Shown here piece after piece: positions 28,367 through 38,529 of a DNA stretch of 64,000 nt. The position numbers and the translations under genes were made by a program. Below the pieces are notes generated by a model. The model was not told where the DNA came from, did not search any database, and was given only the letters and a program-made list of their open reading frames with translations. Source of the stretch: an uncultured Clostridia bacterium (GTDB taxonomy: Bacteria; Bacillota; Clostridia; Christensenellales; Borkfalkiaceae); the NCBI GenBank assembly GCA_944337235.1, contig CALVLK010000003.1, positions 1,289-65,288 on the forward strand, written 5' to 3'. Position 1 is the first letter of the stretch, and each line of letters starts with the position of its first letter.

Positions 28367-29302
28367 TCAATACTTCACAAGGCCGGAGGACTGCTTCTTC
28401 TGCGATCTGAGGACATTGACCGTCATCCATACATTGCCTGCAACGATGAAGATGAGCGAGACCACTGTATCGCTGAGGACGGCCGCGCGCAGCTCGGCAT
28501 CGTCGCGCATGAGCTGGATCAGCATGTCGAATGCCGAGCCGGTCACGCCCACCTCTGCCATGGCCGAAGAGACATCGAGCAGATAGCACAACAACATAGT
28601 GCCCGCCAGCAGCAGGGTCGTCACCAGCCAGATGATGACGATCTTGAGCTTACAGTTTTTGCCGCCGAACTTATCCCACAGGAATGCTGCGGCAAATGCC
28701 GTGGCGATCGCGGCGATGACGGCGATAAAGCCGATCTGATAGAGCAGCCACCAAAGAACGCACCCGACCAATGCGCCGATCACGGCGCCCAATGCACCGC
28801 GCGCCGCGTTGGTCGGCTCCTGCCGGAATGCCGCCTCGTCCTTCTGTACGGCGGCAGCGTAGCTGTCAAAACATTGCTCATGCGCCCTGAACTTGCAGCC
28901 GTTTACGCCAACGAGCCGCACATTCATCTCGCCCTCTAAGCTCTCGCCACAGAAGGGGCAGGCATTGAGCGTTGCGCCCTGACAATTATTCAAAAAATCG
29001 ACAACGGCACCCAGGAAGGCGACGATCTTCTGATCGGTTGCCATGGCGCTGAGCGAACAGTAGAAGCCGTACGACGTGACCTCTATCCCCTGAAAGCCAT
29101 ATGTACGCGCATTGTTTTGCAGCCATGTCTGCAGAGAGACGATCGCCTCTTGCGCAAGATGCACCGCACCCGTCACATAGCGTGACGAACTGAACACCGA
29201 GATGTTCCCGCTGATGTACAGGCCACGGTACAACCCGCTGAACCCGCTCCGTTCCGAAGTTATGTTGTTCGCCAACAAGAACTCCCGAAAAACTTTACCC
29301 AT
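28367..29302 (-). CDS. Hypothetical protein: soluble N-domain, Cys/His motif, C-terminal multi-TM region
   Basis: Start MGKVFREF follows an AAGGAGA RBS. CPFCGESL...C..RAHEQC motif, then about 4 hydrophobic helices. No family recognised. Confidence 0.6.
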   Translation of the reverse strand: MGKVFREFLLANNITSERSGFSGLYRGLYISGNISVFSSSRYVTGAVHLAQEAIVSLQTWLQNNARTYGFQGIEVTSYGFYCSLSAMATDQKIVAFLGAVVDFLNNCQGATLNACPFCGESLEGEMNVRLVGVNGCKFRAHEQCFDSYAAAVQKDEAAFRQEPTNAARGALGAVIGALVGCVLWWLLYQIGFIAVIAAIATAFAAAFLWDKFGGKNCKLKIVIIWLVTTLLLAGTMLLCYLLDVSSAMAEVGVTGSAFDMLIQLMRDDAELRAAVLSDTVVSLIFIVAGNVWMTVNVLRSQKKQSSGLVKY

Positions 29303-29428
29303 AACTTTCTCCTTGCGGCAGACTGACTGCCATGATTTTATTTCGGAGCCGCGCATTGCGCGATGTTCCCTCACCCAAAAGCGTGCCTTCACCGAAGACA
29401 CGCCCTGCAAATCGTATCTCCGAATGTT

Positions 29429-29509
29429 GCTACACAATTTCCTCGTTATGGAAAAGAGATACAAAAAATGCCGATTTTGTATCCATAACGCATATTGAAA
29501 TTGTGTAGC
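29429..29509. repeat. 81-nt three-tier palindrome/hairpin
   Basis: 13-bp arms at 29429-29441 / 29497-29509. 9-bp arms at 29444-29452 / 29482-29490. 7-bp arms at 29460-29466 / 29475-29481. All perfect. Confidence 0.8.
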
Positions 29510-29515
29510 GCTTAT

Positions 29516-29544
29516 AGTGTATCATACTATGCGCCGCATTGCAA
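29516..29544 (-). promoter_or_regulatory. Candidate promoter whose predicted start coincides with the palindrome
   Basis: Minus strand reads TTGCAA, 17 nt, TACACT. Confidence 0.4.
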
Positions 29545-29560
29545 GTTTTTTCGACAAAAT

Positions 29561-29590
29561 AAAGGCTCTGCGGCGTTCTGCAGAGCCTTT
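29561..29590 (-). terminator. Terminator of alpha operon after rplQ
   Basis: 11-bp stem AAAGGCTCTGC / GCAGAGCCTTT followed by ATTTTG on the minus strand. Confidence 0.7.
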
Positions 29591-29619
29591 CTACATTGAT
29601 CTTGTGTTATATTATAGTG

Positions 29620-30126
29620 TTATACCAACTCGATGATCGCGGTCTCGGCTGCGTCGCCGCGGCGCTGACCGAGGAGATAGATCCTCGTGTATCCGCCGCC
29701 CTGGCCGAGCTCTTCCTTGCGCTGTGCATACTTGGGAGCAAGTTCGTTGAAGATCTTCTCGACAAGGGGATGCTGGATCGCCTTCGTGCGCGTCTTATAA
29801 TCCCGCTTGCTTTCGTTGAAGTCCTTGATCTCCTGCAGATCGTACGTCTTTGCGATGATCGCACGGCGTGCGGCAAGCTTTCTGGGGCCGTCTTTGACGG
29901 ACGTTGCCTTGATCTCCTTGCCTTTCTTGTCCTTTGCGATCACGTCGTACTCGACGACGTCGTCATAGGTATTGACAGCCTTGGTGATCAGCTTCTCGAC
30001 ATAGGGACGAAGCTCCTTGGCACGCGCGGCCGTCGTTTCAATGCGGCCGTACCAAAGCAGCTGAGAAGCCTGATTCCTGAGCATGGCCATTCTCTGTTTC
30101 GTCGTTTTTCCAAGTTTACCGGGCAT
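29620..30126 (-). CDS. rplQ: 50S ribosomal protein L17 (with internal insertion)
   Basis: L17 N-terminus KQRMAMLRNQASQLLWYGRIETT. At 168 aa it is longer than the roughly 115-130 aa I would expect for L17. Confidence 0.95.
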   Translation of the reverse strand: MPGKLGKTTKQRMAMLRNQASQLLWYGRIETTAARAKELRPYVEKLITKAVNTYDDVVEYDVIAKDKKGKEIKATSVKDGPRKLAARRAIIAKTYDLQEIKDFNESKRDYKTRTKAIQHPLVEKIFNELAPKYAQRKEELGQGGGYTRIYLLGQRRGDAAETAIIELV

Positions 30127-30129
30127 GAT

Positions 30130-31083
30130 TTAATCCTCCTTTTTTTCCAGCGAAAGACCAAGCGCTTCAAGCTTCTGAATGACCTCGTCGAGGGACTTCT
30201 TGCCCAGATTGCGCACCTTGAGCATTTCGTCCTCAGACTTGTTGATCAGATCCTCCACCGTGTGAATCTGCGCTCTCTTCAGACAGTTATAGGAGCGGAC
30301 AGAGAAGTCCATATCCTCTATCTTCATCGAGAGAATTTGCTGCTGTTTGTCGTCGTCCGTCTTGACAAGGATGTCCATATCCTTGATGGTGTCGGACAGA
30401 TTGACGAACAGATTGATATGATCTTGCATGATCTTTGCGGCGAGCGATACGATCTCCTTCCCGGAGAAGGTGCCGTCCGTCCAGACCTCGATCGTCAGCT
30501 TGTCGTAATCGATGTTCTGACCTACGCGCGCGGGTTCGACGTTGTAGTTGACCTTCTTGACCGGCGTATAGATGGAATCGATGGGAATGTAGTCGATGAC
30601 GGGCTGCTTATTTTCTTTGGCGGGCTTGTACCCCCTGCCTCTGCCGATCGTGATCTCCATATCGATCTTCCCGCCCGCGTCTACCGTGCAGATATACTGG
30701 TCGGAATTGACGATCTCGACCTCGGCATCCTGCGCGATGTCCGCAGCCGTGATGACGCAAGGCCCCTCTTTGACAAGACGAAGCGTCTTGGTAAAGTCTT
30801 TATCGGTGATCTTCGTCTTGATGGCGAGCAGTTTGAGATTGAGAATAATTTCAGTGACGTCCTCTTTGACGCCGGGAATGGCGGAAAACTCGTGCTTGAC
30901 GCTTCCGTCCATAAATTTGATTCCCTGCGCAGCGGCACCGGGCAACGCAGACAGCAAGATCCTCCTCAGACAGTTGCCGATTGTAAGACCGAAACCCTTT
31001 TCGAGCGGCTCTACGACGATCTTTGCATAAGATTTCTCTTCGTTTTCCGTAACCTCGATCTTGGGCATATCGATTTCGATCAT
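30130..31083 (-). CDS. rpoA: DNA-directed RNA polymerase subunit alpha
   Basis: 317 aa with NTD plus CTD motif SVRSYNCLKRAQIHTVEDL. Confidence 0.97.
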   Translation of the reverse strand: MIEIDMPKIEVTENEEKSYAKIVVEPLEKGFGLTIGNCLRRILLSALPGAAAQGIKFMDGSVKHEFSAIPGVKEDVTEIILNLKLLAIKTKITDKDFTKTLRLVKEGPCVITAADIAQDAEVEIVNSDQYICTVDAGGKIDMEITIGRGRGYKPAKENKQPVIDYIPIDSIYTPVKKVNYNVEPARVGQNIDYDKLTIEVWTDGTFSGKEIVSLAAKIMQDHINLFVNLSDTIKDMDILVKTDDDKQQQILSMKIEDMDFSVRSYNCLKRAQIHTVEDLINKSEDEMLKVRNLGKKSLDEVIQKLEALGLSLEKKED

Positions 31084-31109
31084 GTTTGTTACCCTCCTTT
31101 ATATTCTTT

Positions 31110-31733
31110 TTACTTGGAGTACAACTCGACAATCATATGCTCTGCAATCTGGCTGTCGATGTCCTCGCGGGTAGGAAGGGCAAGGATCTTGCCTTCCAGC
31201 TTCTCGGGATCGAATTCCAGCCACTTGGGCATATTCGCAACCTTCATCGTCTTGATCTGTTCAAAGAATTTGTTGTCTTTTCTGTTTTCCTTGACGGCGA
31301 TCACATCGCCGACTTTGACGCAGTACGAGGGAACGGTGACCGTCTTGCCGTTGACCATGAAATGCGCATGGTTGACAAGCTGCCTTGCCTGCGAACGCGA
31401 AGCGCCGACGCCCATACGGAACACGACGTTGTCGAGTCTGCGCTCGAGCAGCGCGAGCATGTTTTCACCCGTGATGCCCTTCTTTCTGTCGGCAAGCTCG
31501 TAGTAGTGACGGAACTGACCTTCCTGCACGCCGTAAATGCGCTTGGTCTTCTGCTTCTCGCGCAGCTGCTGGCCATACTCAGAAACCTTCTTTCTGCCTG
31601 CACCGTGCTGTCCGGGAGGCGTGGGGCGTCTGTTGAAGGGACACTTTTCCATGTAGCACTTCTCTCCCTTCAGGAAGAGCTTGCTGCCCTCTCTTCTGCA
31701 AAGTTTACATTTTGCGTCTCTATATACTGCCAT
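31110..31733 (-). CDS. rpsD: 30S ribosomal protein S4
   Basis: 207 aa starting [16 protein letters not shown]..., with an S4 domain. Confidence 0.97.
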   Translation of the reverse strand: MAVYRDAKCKLCRREGSKLFLKGEKCYMEKCPFNRRPTPPGQHGAGRKKVSEYGQQLREKQKTKRIYGVQEGQFRHYYELADRKKGITGENMLALLERRLDNVVFRMGVGASRSQARQLVNHAHFMVNGKTVTVPSYCVKVGDVIAVKENRKDNKFFEQIKTMKVANMPKWLEFDPEKLEGKILALPTREDIDSQIAEHMIVELYSK

Positions 31734-31748
31734 TTCCGATACCTCTTA

Positions 31749-32144
31749 TTATACTCTTCTGCGCTTGGGCGGGCGGCATCCGTTGTGCGGGATGGGCGAT
31801 ACGTCAGAGATGAGCGTGACCGTGAGATCGCAGTTTGCGAGCGCACGGATGGCCGACTCTCTGCCCGCGCCGGGGCCCTTCACATAAACCTCTACAAAGC
31901 GGAGCCCGTGCTCCTTGGCCGCCTTGGCAGCCGTTTCCGTTGCCATCTGTGCGGCGAACGGGGTACCCTTTCTCGAACCCTTGAAGCCGAGCGAACCTGC
32001 GCTCGACCAGGAGATGGCGTTGCCACTCATGTCGGTGATCGTAACGAGGGTATTGTTGAAGGTGGACTGAATATGAACCTGACCTCTGTCTACTTTCTTG
32101 ATCTCCTTGCGCTTGCGGGAGACAACTCTCTTTCTGTCTGCCAT
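31749..32144 (-). CDS. rpsK: 30S ribosomal protein S11
   Basis: 131 aa containing [18 protein letters not shown]. Confidence 0.97.
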   Translation of the reverse strand: MADRKRVVSRKRKEIKKVDRGQVHIQSTFNNTLVTITDMSGNAISWSSAGSLGFKGSRKGTPFAAQMATETAAKAAKEHGLRFVEVYVKGPGAGRESAIRALANCDLTVTLISDVSPIPHNGCRPPKRRRV

Positions 32145-32156
32145 GTTCCGCCCTCC

Positions 32157-32525
32157 TTACTTCTTCTTGTTCGCAACGGTGCGGCGGGGACCCTTGCGCG
32201 TCCTCGCATTGCGCTTCGTGCTCTGTCCGCGTACGGGCAGCCCCTTTCTGTGGCGCACGCCACGATAGCAGCCGATCTCCATCAGCCGCTTGATGTTCAG
32301 GCTGACTGCGCTGCGCAGCTCGCCTTCCACCATGTAGTGGTGGTCGATATATTCTCTGAGCTTGGATACGTCGTTTTCGTCGAGATCCTTCACGCGCGTG
32401 TCGGGATCGATCCCCGTCTGCGCCAAGATCTGTTTGGACGTTGCAAGCCCGATCCCGTAAATGTAGGTGAGTCCGATCTCTACCCGCTTCTCTCTGGGCA
32501 GGTCAACACCGGCAATACGTGCCAT
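32157..32525 (-). CDS. rpsM: 30S ribosomal protein S13
   Basis: Start [26 protein letters not shown] follows a GGAGGA RBS. Confidence 0.97.
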   Translation of the reverse strand: MARIAGVDLPREKRVEIGLTYIYGIGLATSKQILAQTGIDPDTRVKDLDENDVSKLREYIDHHYMVEGELRSAVSLNIKRLMEIGCYRGVRHRKGLPVRGQSTKRNARTRKGPRRTVANKKK

Positions 32526-32744
32526 TGTCCTTCTGATCCTCCGTTTGAATTTTGATGATGTTTTTATTTGAACGGAACGCGCGCGGCGACAGTGGAAAAT
32601 GTTTCCGCAGGCGCTCCCTTGTATTCGGGCCGGCCCTCGCCCCGATCGGGGGAGTAAACCGCAAAACACGCCGACTTTCCGCACATTTCGTGCGGAAACT
32701 CAGCTCTTCTCTTATTTGATATTCTCTTAGAATACAAACCGTGG
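32526..32744 (-). promoter_or_regulatory. Long structured 5' leader of rpsM-rpsK-rpsD-rpoA-rplQ
   Basis: About 220 nt between the predicted start site and the rpsM ATG. 9-bp hairpin at 32676-32698, palindromes at 32627-32636 and 32640-32651, and a helix abutting the RBS. Confidence 0.4.
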
Positions 32745-32750
32745 ACATTC

Positions 32751-32779
32751 ATTGTACCACACGGAAATCGCTTTGTCAA
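32751..32779 (-). promoter_or_regulatory. Near-consensus internal promoter (alpha operon)
   Basis: Minus strand reads TTGACA, 17 nt, TACAAT. The -35 begins 8 nt after the rpmJ stop codon. Confidence 0.6.
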
Positions 32780-32786
32780 GCGATTT

Positions 32787-32903
32787 TCATCCCTGTCTTT
32801 GCTTATGGCTCTTGTTTTTGGAACAAATTACCATAACTTTGCCGTTTCTCTTGATAACCTTGCATTTGTCGCACATGGGCTTGACGGAAGGTCTGACTTT
32901 CAT
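32787..32903 (-). CDS. rpmJ: 50S ribosomal protein L36
   Basis: Hand translation: [38 protein letters not shown]. Below the ORF-track cutoff. Confidence 0.95.
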   Translation of the reverse strand: MKVRPSVKPMCDKCKVIKRNGKVMVICSKNKSHKQRQG

Positions 32904-32938
32904 TGTTGTTTATCTCCTTTGATCGTGAAGTCTTTGCG

Positions 32939-33160
32939 TTAGGACTTGCTCCGCCAGGTGATCCTGCCCTTGGTAAGGTCGTAAGGGCTCATCTCCAGCT
33001 TGACGGAATCTCCTTCGATGATACGGATATAGTTCATTCTGAGTTTTCCCGAAATGTACGCCGTGATGACGTGACCGTTCGAGAGTCTTACCTTGAACAT
33101 GGCGTTGGGCAGCGCTTCGATCACTCTGCCCTCTGCTTCGATGACATCGTCTTTGGACAT
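32939..33160 (-). CDS. infA: Translation initiation factor IF-1
   Basis: 73 aa containing [23 protein letters not shown]. Confidence 0.97.
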   Translation of the reverse strand: MSKDDVIEAEGRVIEALPNAMFKVRLSNGHVITAYISGKLRMNYIRIIEGDSVKLEMSPYDLTKGRITWRSKS

Positions 33161-33173
33161 TATCTCCTCCGGA

Positions 33174-33929
33174 TTATTGTTGCGCGGGCAGTGTAAGGAT
33201 CTCTACACCGTCCTCGCGAATGACAAGCGTGTTTTCGTAGTGCGCCGCAGGGCGTCCGTCGCGCATATATGCCGTCCAGCCGTCGGGCGCGACCTCTACG
33301 CGCCAATCCCCTGCCGCGATCATCGGCTCGATGCACAGCACCATCCCCGCCCGCAGCCGCAGGCCGGTCCCCTTTCTTCCGAAGTTGGGAACCATGGGAT
33401 CTTCGTGCATCTCCCTGCCGATGGCGTGCCCCGTATAGGCGCGGATCACAGAGAATCCGTTCGCCTCGGCGTGGGTCTGGACCTTATAGCCGATGTCATA
33501 CAGCGGCGTTCCGGCCTTCAGCCCCTCGATCGCCTTGAAAAAACATTCCTCCGTCACGCGGACGAGCTTTTGTTTTTCCTCCGACACTTCACCGATGCAG
33601 AATGTCCGTGCGCCGTCGCCGTGAAAGCCGTTTTTATAGGCGCACAGGTCGACGCTGACGATGTCGCCCTCTTTGAGCACCCTGTCATCGGGAATGCCGT
33701 GGACGACGACCTCGTTGACCGAGACGCAGGCGGACGCGGGATAGCCGCAATAACCGAGACAACTCGGTTCGGCCCCGCTCGCCTTGATGAAGTTGTAGAC
33801 GAGTTCGTCCACTTCCTTCGTCGTCATGCCTGCACGGATGCGCTCGCCGACAAAATTGAGACACTCGCCCACGATGCGGTTTGGCTCCCGCATCAGGTCG
33901 ATCTCTTCTTCGCTCTTGATGAAGATCAT
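33174..33929 (-). CDS. map: Type I methionine aminopeptidase
   Basis: 251 aa in the conserved adk-map-infA position, with MetAP metal-ligand pattern. Confidence 0.93.
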   Translation of the reverse strand: MIFIKSEEEIDLMREPNRIVGECLNFVGERIRAGMTTKEVDELVYNFIKASGAEPSCLGYCGYPASACVSVNEVVVHGIPDDRVLKEGDIVSVDLCAYKNGFHGDGARTFCIGEVSEEKQKLVRVTEECFFKAIEGLKAGTPLYDIGYKVQTHAEANGFSVIRAYTGHAIGREMHEDPMVPNFGRKGTGLRLRAGMVLCIEPMIAAGDWRVEVAPDGWTAYMRDGRPAAHYENTLVIREDGVEILTLPAQQ

Positions 33930-33931
33930 AC

Positions 33932-34567
33932 TCAGCCGATCATCTTGTCGAGCACGGCCTTGACCTGTTCAAACAGGACCTCAGCGGGTGCCTCGGTCCC
34001 CGTGAAGTTGAGGATGATGCCCTTCTTGGTATAGTAATCGATGAGGGGAGCGGTCTGCTCCTCGTACACCTTCAGACGGCTGCTCACCGTTTCGGGATTG
34101 TCGTCTTTGCGTTGATAGAGCTCGCCGCCGCAGCGGGCACAGGTCGTGGCGCCGTTGAGCGTAGAGACATGGTAGCTCTCACCGCACTCCTTGCACACCC
34201 TTCTGCCGCACAGGCGGTCCATCAGCAGGTTGAAGTCGATGTTGATGTTCACGACCCCGTCGATCTTGGCGAACTTGTCAAGCTCCTCCGCCTGAAAGAG
34301 GTTGCGGGGGAATCCGTCGAGCAGATAGCCCTTCTTGCAGTCCTCCCAGGTGAGGCGGTCGCGCACGATCTCGCAGGTGACCTCGTCGGGCACAAGCTCG
34401 CCCTTGTCGATGTACGACTTTGCGAGCAGGCCGATCTGGGTGCCGTTTTTGATGTTCGCGCGGAAGATATCGCCCGTGGAGATGTGAACAAGTCCGTAGC
34501 GATCAGAGATCTTTGTTGCCTGCGTGCCCTTGCCTGCGCCGGGCGCACCAAGTAAAATCAAATTCAT
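33932..34567 (-). CDS. adk: Adenylate kinase
   Basis: Start MNLILLGAPGAGKGTQA. Zn-lid CKECG...CARCG. Confidence 0.95.
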   Translation of the reverse strand: MNLILLGAPGAGKGTQATKISDRYGLVHISTGDIFRANIKNGTQIGLLAKSYIDKGELVPDEVTCEIVRDRLTWEDCKKGYLLDGFPRNLFQAEELDKFAKIDGVVNINIDFNLLMDRLCGRRVCKECGESYHVSTLNGATTCARCGGELYQRKDDNPETVSSRLKVYEEQTAPLIDYYTKKGIILNFTGTEAPAEVLFEQVKAVLDKMIG

Positions 34568-34657
34568 ACGCTGTCCCCTTTTCTTCGATTTTATATCTTT
34601 GCGTGTGCGTTTTGCAGAGGGATGCACGGCACCGATGCTGCCGTACATCCCCGCGTC

Positions 34658-35968
34658 TTATTTCAGAAATCCTTTGTAGTTCTTCATCATGATCTGCGAC
34701 TGGAGCTCTTTGTCGAACTCGAGCGCGACAGACACGACGATCAGAATACCCGTTGTAGAGAACACGTTGATGAGATCGACCGTGACAAAACTGAAGATGA
34801 GCGAAGGAATGAACGCCACCAGGGTCAGGAAGATCGCACCGAACAGTGTGATGCGCTTGTTGATCTTTCTCAGATATGCCGCCGTGGGCTTGCCGGGACG
34901 AATGCCCTGAATGAAGCCGCCGTTCTGCTGAATGGACTTGGCAACATCGTCTGGATTGAACTGGATGCTTGCATAGAAGAATGAAAAGATAAAGATGAGC
35001 ACGCACAGCACAAGCACATACCACCACGTTCCCTGTCCGAACACGTTGTTCCACCATGTGAGCTCATCTTCCCATGCGGGAACAAAGCTCATGATCATGG
35101 AGGGGAAGGAGATGATCGCAAAGGCAAAGATGAGGGGCATGACGCCGCTGCCGGAGATCTTCATGGGGATCACGGAGGACTGCCCGCCGTACATCTTGGT
35201 GCCGCGTACCTGTTTTGCATACTGAACGGGGATCCGCCTCTCTGCAAGATCAACATAGACGATCACAAAGAAGACAACGACCGCAAGCGCGAGGAATCCG
35301 ATCACCTCGAAGAGAGGCGAAATATCCGAACTTGTGATTTCGAGCAGCTTGTTGACGATGGAAATGCCCGCCGTAGAAATGATACCGACGAAGATGATCA
35401 GGGAAATGCCGTTCCCGATGCCGTGCTCGGTGATGCGCTCGCCCAGCCACATAACAAGCAGCGAGCCTGCCGTATAGATGATGGTCATATAGATGATGGC
35501 GAGCCACCGCTGATTGAAGAAGAGCGACCAATTGATGCTGTCGGACTCAGACATTGCGCCGAACCCGCCTGCGAAATTGACAATGATGCCGATCGCCTGG
35601 ATGATCGCAAGGATGATCGTGACAAAGCGCGTGATCGCCGTCAGCTTTTTGCGCCCCTCTTCGCCCTGCTTGGAGAGTTTCTCAAGATAGGGGATGCCGA
35701 CCGTGAGAAGCTGAATGATAATGCTTGCATTGATGTAAGGTCCGATACCGAGCGCAAACAGTGTTCCGTTTGCAAGCGCGCCGCCCGTTACGCTGGAGAG
35801 CAGTTCGAGGAAGGCGTTGTCCTGTACTTCACTCTCCAGAAGGCCCCTCGAAAGTCCGGGCACGGGGATATAGCAACCCAAAAGGAACACGAGCAAAATC
35901 AGCAACGTATAGAATATCTTGTTGCGGATCTCTCTGTTTGAAAAAGCATTTTTCAATGTTTCGATCAT
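34658..35968 (-). CDS. secY: Preprotein translocase subunit SecY
   Basis: 436-aa polytopic protein in the canonical position. Confidence 0.97.
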   Translation of the reverse strand: MIETLKNAFSNREIRNKIFYTLLILLVFLLGCYIPVPGLSRGLLESEVQDNAFLELLSSVTGGALANGTLFALGIGPYINASIIIQLLTVGIPYLEKLSKQGEEGRKKLTAITRFVTIILAIIQAIGIIVNFAGGFGAMSESDSINWSLFFNQRWLAIIYMTIIYTAGSLLVMWLGERITEHGIGNGISLIIFVGIISTAGISIVNKLLEITSSDISPLFEVIGFLALAVVVFFVIVYVDLAERRIPVQYAKQVRGTKMYGGQSSVIPMKISGSGVMPLIFAFAIISFPSMIMSFVPAWEDELTWWNNVFGQGTWWYVLVLCVLIFIFSFFYASIQFNPDDVAKSIQQNGGFIQGIRPGKPTAAYLRKINKRITLFGAIFLTLVAFIPSLIFSFVTVDLINVFSTTGILIVVSVALEFDKELQSQIMMKNYKGFLK

Positions 35969-36013
35969 ACTGTAACTCCTCTGTTAAGCCAAGGCCGGAT
36001 GCGCAAACCGCGG

Positions 36014-36460
36014 TCAACCGATCTCAACGGTCCCGCCTGCCTGCTCGATCGCAGCCTTCGCACTTTCGGAGAACTTTGCTGCCCTCACGGTGAGAGCGAC
36101 GTTCAGCTCGCCGCCACCGAGCACCTTCAGCCCGGCATTGTTCTTGACCTGCTTTGCAAGGCCGTTCTCCATGATGAAGCCGTAATCGACCACGGTGCCC
36201 GCAGGAAGATCTGCCAGGGCAGACAGGTTGACGATCACATACTCCTTGCGGAAATGATTGTGAAAACCGCGCTTGGGAACTCTTCTTGCAAGAGGCATCT
36301 GACCGCCTTCGAAGCCCGGCCTTACGCCGCCGCCCGAACGCGCCCACTGGCCCTTATGGCCTTTGCCGCTCGTTTTGCCGAGACCCGAGCCGATGCCGCG
36401 TCCCAGGCGCTTTTTGCTCGTTCTTGCGCCCTCTGCGGGTGCAATCGTATCAATTCTCAT
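36014..36460 (-). CDS. rplO: 50S ribosomal protein L15
   Basis: 148 aa containing [23 protein letters not shown]. Confidence 0.97.
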   Translation of the reverse strand: MRIDTIAPAEGARTSKKRLGRGIGSGLGKTSGKGHKGQWARSGGGVRPGFEGGQMPLARRVPKRGFHNHFRKEYVIVNLSALADLPAGTVVDYGFIMENGLAKQVKNNAGLKVLGGGELNVALTVRAAKFSESAKAAIEQAGGTVEIG

Positions 36461-36470
36461 TGTTGTCTCC

Positions 36471-36644
36471 TTATACGTTCTCGACCTTGACGAGATGCTC
36501 TACCTTTTTGAGCTGACCGCGCAAAACGGGGGTATCTTCAAAGGTCCTTTCCGAACGGATCTTCTTCAGTCCGAGCGCCGCAATCGTCGCCTTGACCGAC
36601 TTTACCTCTCCGATCGTACTCTTGATAAGTGTCACTTTAACCAT
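36471..36644 (-). CDS. rpmD: 50S ribosomal protein L30
   Basis: Hand translation: [57 protein letters not shown]. Confidence 0.93.
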   Translation of the reverse strand: MVKVTLIKSTIGEVKSVKATIAALGLKKIRSERTFEDTPVLRGQLKKVEHLVKVENV

Positions 36645-36654
36645 AACGCCCTCC

Positions 36655-37173
36655 TTAACCTACGACCTCTTCCACGGTCTTGCCGCGAAGATAGGCGATC
36701 TCTTCCGCCGTCTTCAGGGACGCAAGTCCCGCGACCGTGGCCTTGACGCAGTTGATCGGATTCTGGGTGCCATGAGATTTGGTACGGATGTTCTTGACGC
36801 CCACGGCCTCCATGACGGCACGGACGGGACCGCCCGCGATCACGCCGGTACCGACGGCAGCGGGGAGCATGAGCACTGCGCCCCTGCCGAATTTGCCGAT
36901 CGTCTCGTGCGGGATGGTATCGTTGACGATGGGAACGCGGATCATGTTCTTCTTGGCAGCCTGCGTCGCCTTTTCGATCGCCTCGGGCACTTCCTTTGCC
37001 TTTCCCTGGCCGTAACCGACCTTGCCGTTGCCGTCTCCGACTACGACAAGTGCGGAAAAGCGCATATTTCTGCCGCCCTTGACCGTCTTGCTGACGCGGT
37101 TGATCCCGATGGTCTTTTTGATGAGCCCGTCGTCCTGCTCTTGCTTTCTCTGAGGTCTGTTTTCTCTTGCCAT
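36655..37173 (-). CDS. rpsE: 30S ribosomal protein S5
   Basis: 172 aa containing [24 protein letters not shown]. Confidence 0.97.
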   Translation of the reverse strand: MARENRPQRKQEQDDGLIKKTIGINRVSKTVKGGRNMRFSALVVVGDGNGKVGYGQGKAKEVPEAIEKATQAAKKNMIRVPIVNDTIPHETIGKFGRGAVLMLPAAVGTGVIAGGPVRAVMEAVGVKNIRTKSHGTQNPINCVKATVAGLASLKTAEEIAYLRGKTVEEVVG

Positions 37174-37186
37174 GATCTCTCTCCTA

Positions 37187-37555
37187 TCAGAATTTCAGTC
37201 CGGCTTCACGCGCGCCGTCTGCAACTGCCTTCACGCGCCCCGTGAACAGGTATCCGCCCCTGTCGAACACGACGGTTTCGATGCCCTTCTCCTTGGCGCG
37301 CTCGCCCACCTTCTGACCGACAAGCTTTGCCGCTTCCGTCTTGGTCTTTCCTGCGATCTCTTCGCGCACCGCCTTTTCCAGCGTGGAAGCGGAAGCGAGG
37401 GTCACGCCCTTGACGTCGTCGATGACCTGCACATAGATGTGATTCAGACTTCTGTAAACGTTCAGACGGGGCGTCTCCGCCGTGCCCGAAATGTGCTTGC
37501 GGACGCGGGCATGACGGCGCTGCCTGATCGAATTTTTATCATTTTTCGTTATCAT
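37187..37555 (-). CDS. rplR: 50S ribosomal protein L18
   Basis: 122 aa containing [18 protein letters not shown]. Confidence 0.97.
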   Translation of the reverse strand: MITKNDKNSIRQRRHARVRKHISGTAETPRLNVYRSLNHIYVQVIDDVKGVTLASASTLEKAVREEIAGKTKTEAAKLVGQKVGERAKEKGIETVVFDRGGYLFTGRVKAVADGAREAGLKF

Positions 37556-37566
37556 GATTCGCTCCT

Positions 37567-38115
37567 TTACTTCTTGCCCTTGCCCGAAGTCTTGCCTTCC
37601 TTATGCTCGACCTGCTCGCCCTTATAGCGGATGCCGTAGCCGTGATAGGGCTCGGGAACGCGGATGGAACGCAGATCTGCAGCGACCTGACCGACGAGCA
37701 CCTTGTCGATGCCGCTGACCGTGATCTCCGTTGCGGACGGACAGTCAAGCTTGATGCCCTCCGGCTCTGCAAACTCGACGGGGTGCGAGAAGCCCACGTT
37801 CAGGACAAGCTTGTTGCCCTGCTTTGCGACCTTCCAGCCCACGCCCTTGATCTCGAGGCCCTTGGTGAATCCTTCGGAAACGCCCTTGACCATACCCGCG
37901 ACGAGCGCCCTGTACAGTCCGTGAAGCGCACCCGTCTCCGGATTTTCGTTCATTGCGACGAGAGAAAGGTGGCCGTTCTCCGTCTTGAATTCGATGTCGC
38001 CCTTCATCTCACGCGTCAGCGTCCCCTTGGGACCCTTGACGGTGATCAGGGAATTTTCGCACTTTACCTCTACCCCGGCGGGGATCGCGATACTCATTTT
38101 ACCGATTCTCGACAT
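37567..38115 (-). CDS. rplF: 50S ribosomal protein L6
   Basis: Start [15 protein letters not shown] follows an AGGAGG RBS. Confidence 0.96.
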   Translation of the reverse strand: MSRIGKMSIAIPAGVEVKCENSLITVKGPKGTLTREMKGDIEFKTENGHLSLVAMNENPETGALHGLYRALVAGMVKGVSEGFTKGLEIKGVGWKVAKQGNKLVLNVGFSHPVEFAEPEGIKLDCPSATEITVSGIDKVLVGQVAADLRSIRVPEPYHGYGIRYKGEQVEHKEGKTSGKGKK

Positions 38116-38126
38116 ACTGCCCCTCC

Positions 38127-38516
38127 TTAGTAGACATAGCACAGCACTTCGCCGCCGACATTGGCGCTGCGGGCCTGCTTATCCGTCATGATCCCCTTGT
38201 TGGTGGAGATGATGGCAATGCCGAATCCGCCGAGCACCTTGGGCATATCCTCTGCCCCGCTGTACGTTCTGAGGCCGGGCTTGGATACGCGCTTGAGGCC
38301 GGAGATCACCGACTTGCCGTCGACGTATTTGAGCGTGAGAACGAGCTTCCCGTTGTAGCCGTCCTCTTCAAAAGCAACATCCTTCACATAGCCCTCATCG
38401 AGCATGATGCGGGCGATCTCTTTTTTCATTCTGGAAGCAGGGATCTCTACCGTCTCCTTGCGGACCATGAGAGCATTCCTGATTCTCGTAAGCATATCTG
38501 CGATGGGATCTGTCAT
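38127..38516 (-). CDS. rpsH: 30S ribosomal protein S8
   Basis: 129 aa starting [15 protein letters not shown]. Confidence 0.97.
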   Translation of the reverse strand: MTDPIADMLTRIRNALMVRKETVEIPASRMKKEIARIMLDEGYVKDVAFEEDGYNGKLVLTLKYVDGKSVISGLKRVSKPGLRTYSGAEDMPKVLGGFGIAIISTNKGIMTDKQARSANVGGEVLCYVY

Positions 38517-38529
38517 CTTTCCTGCCTCC

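Noticed and set aside
29596-31503. 635-aa plus-strand ORF
   Set aside because: Antisense to rplQ, rpoA and rpsD, which are unmistakable.
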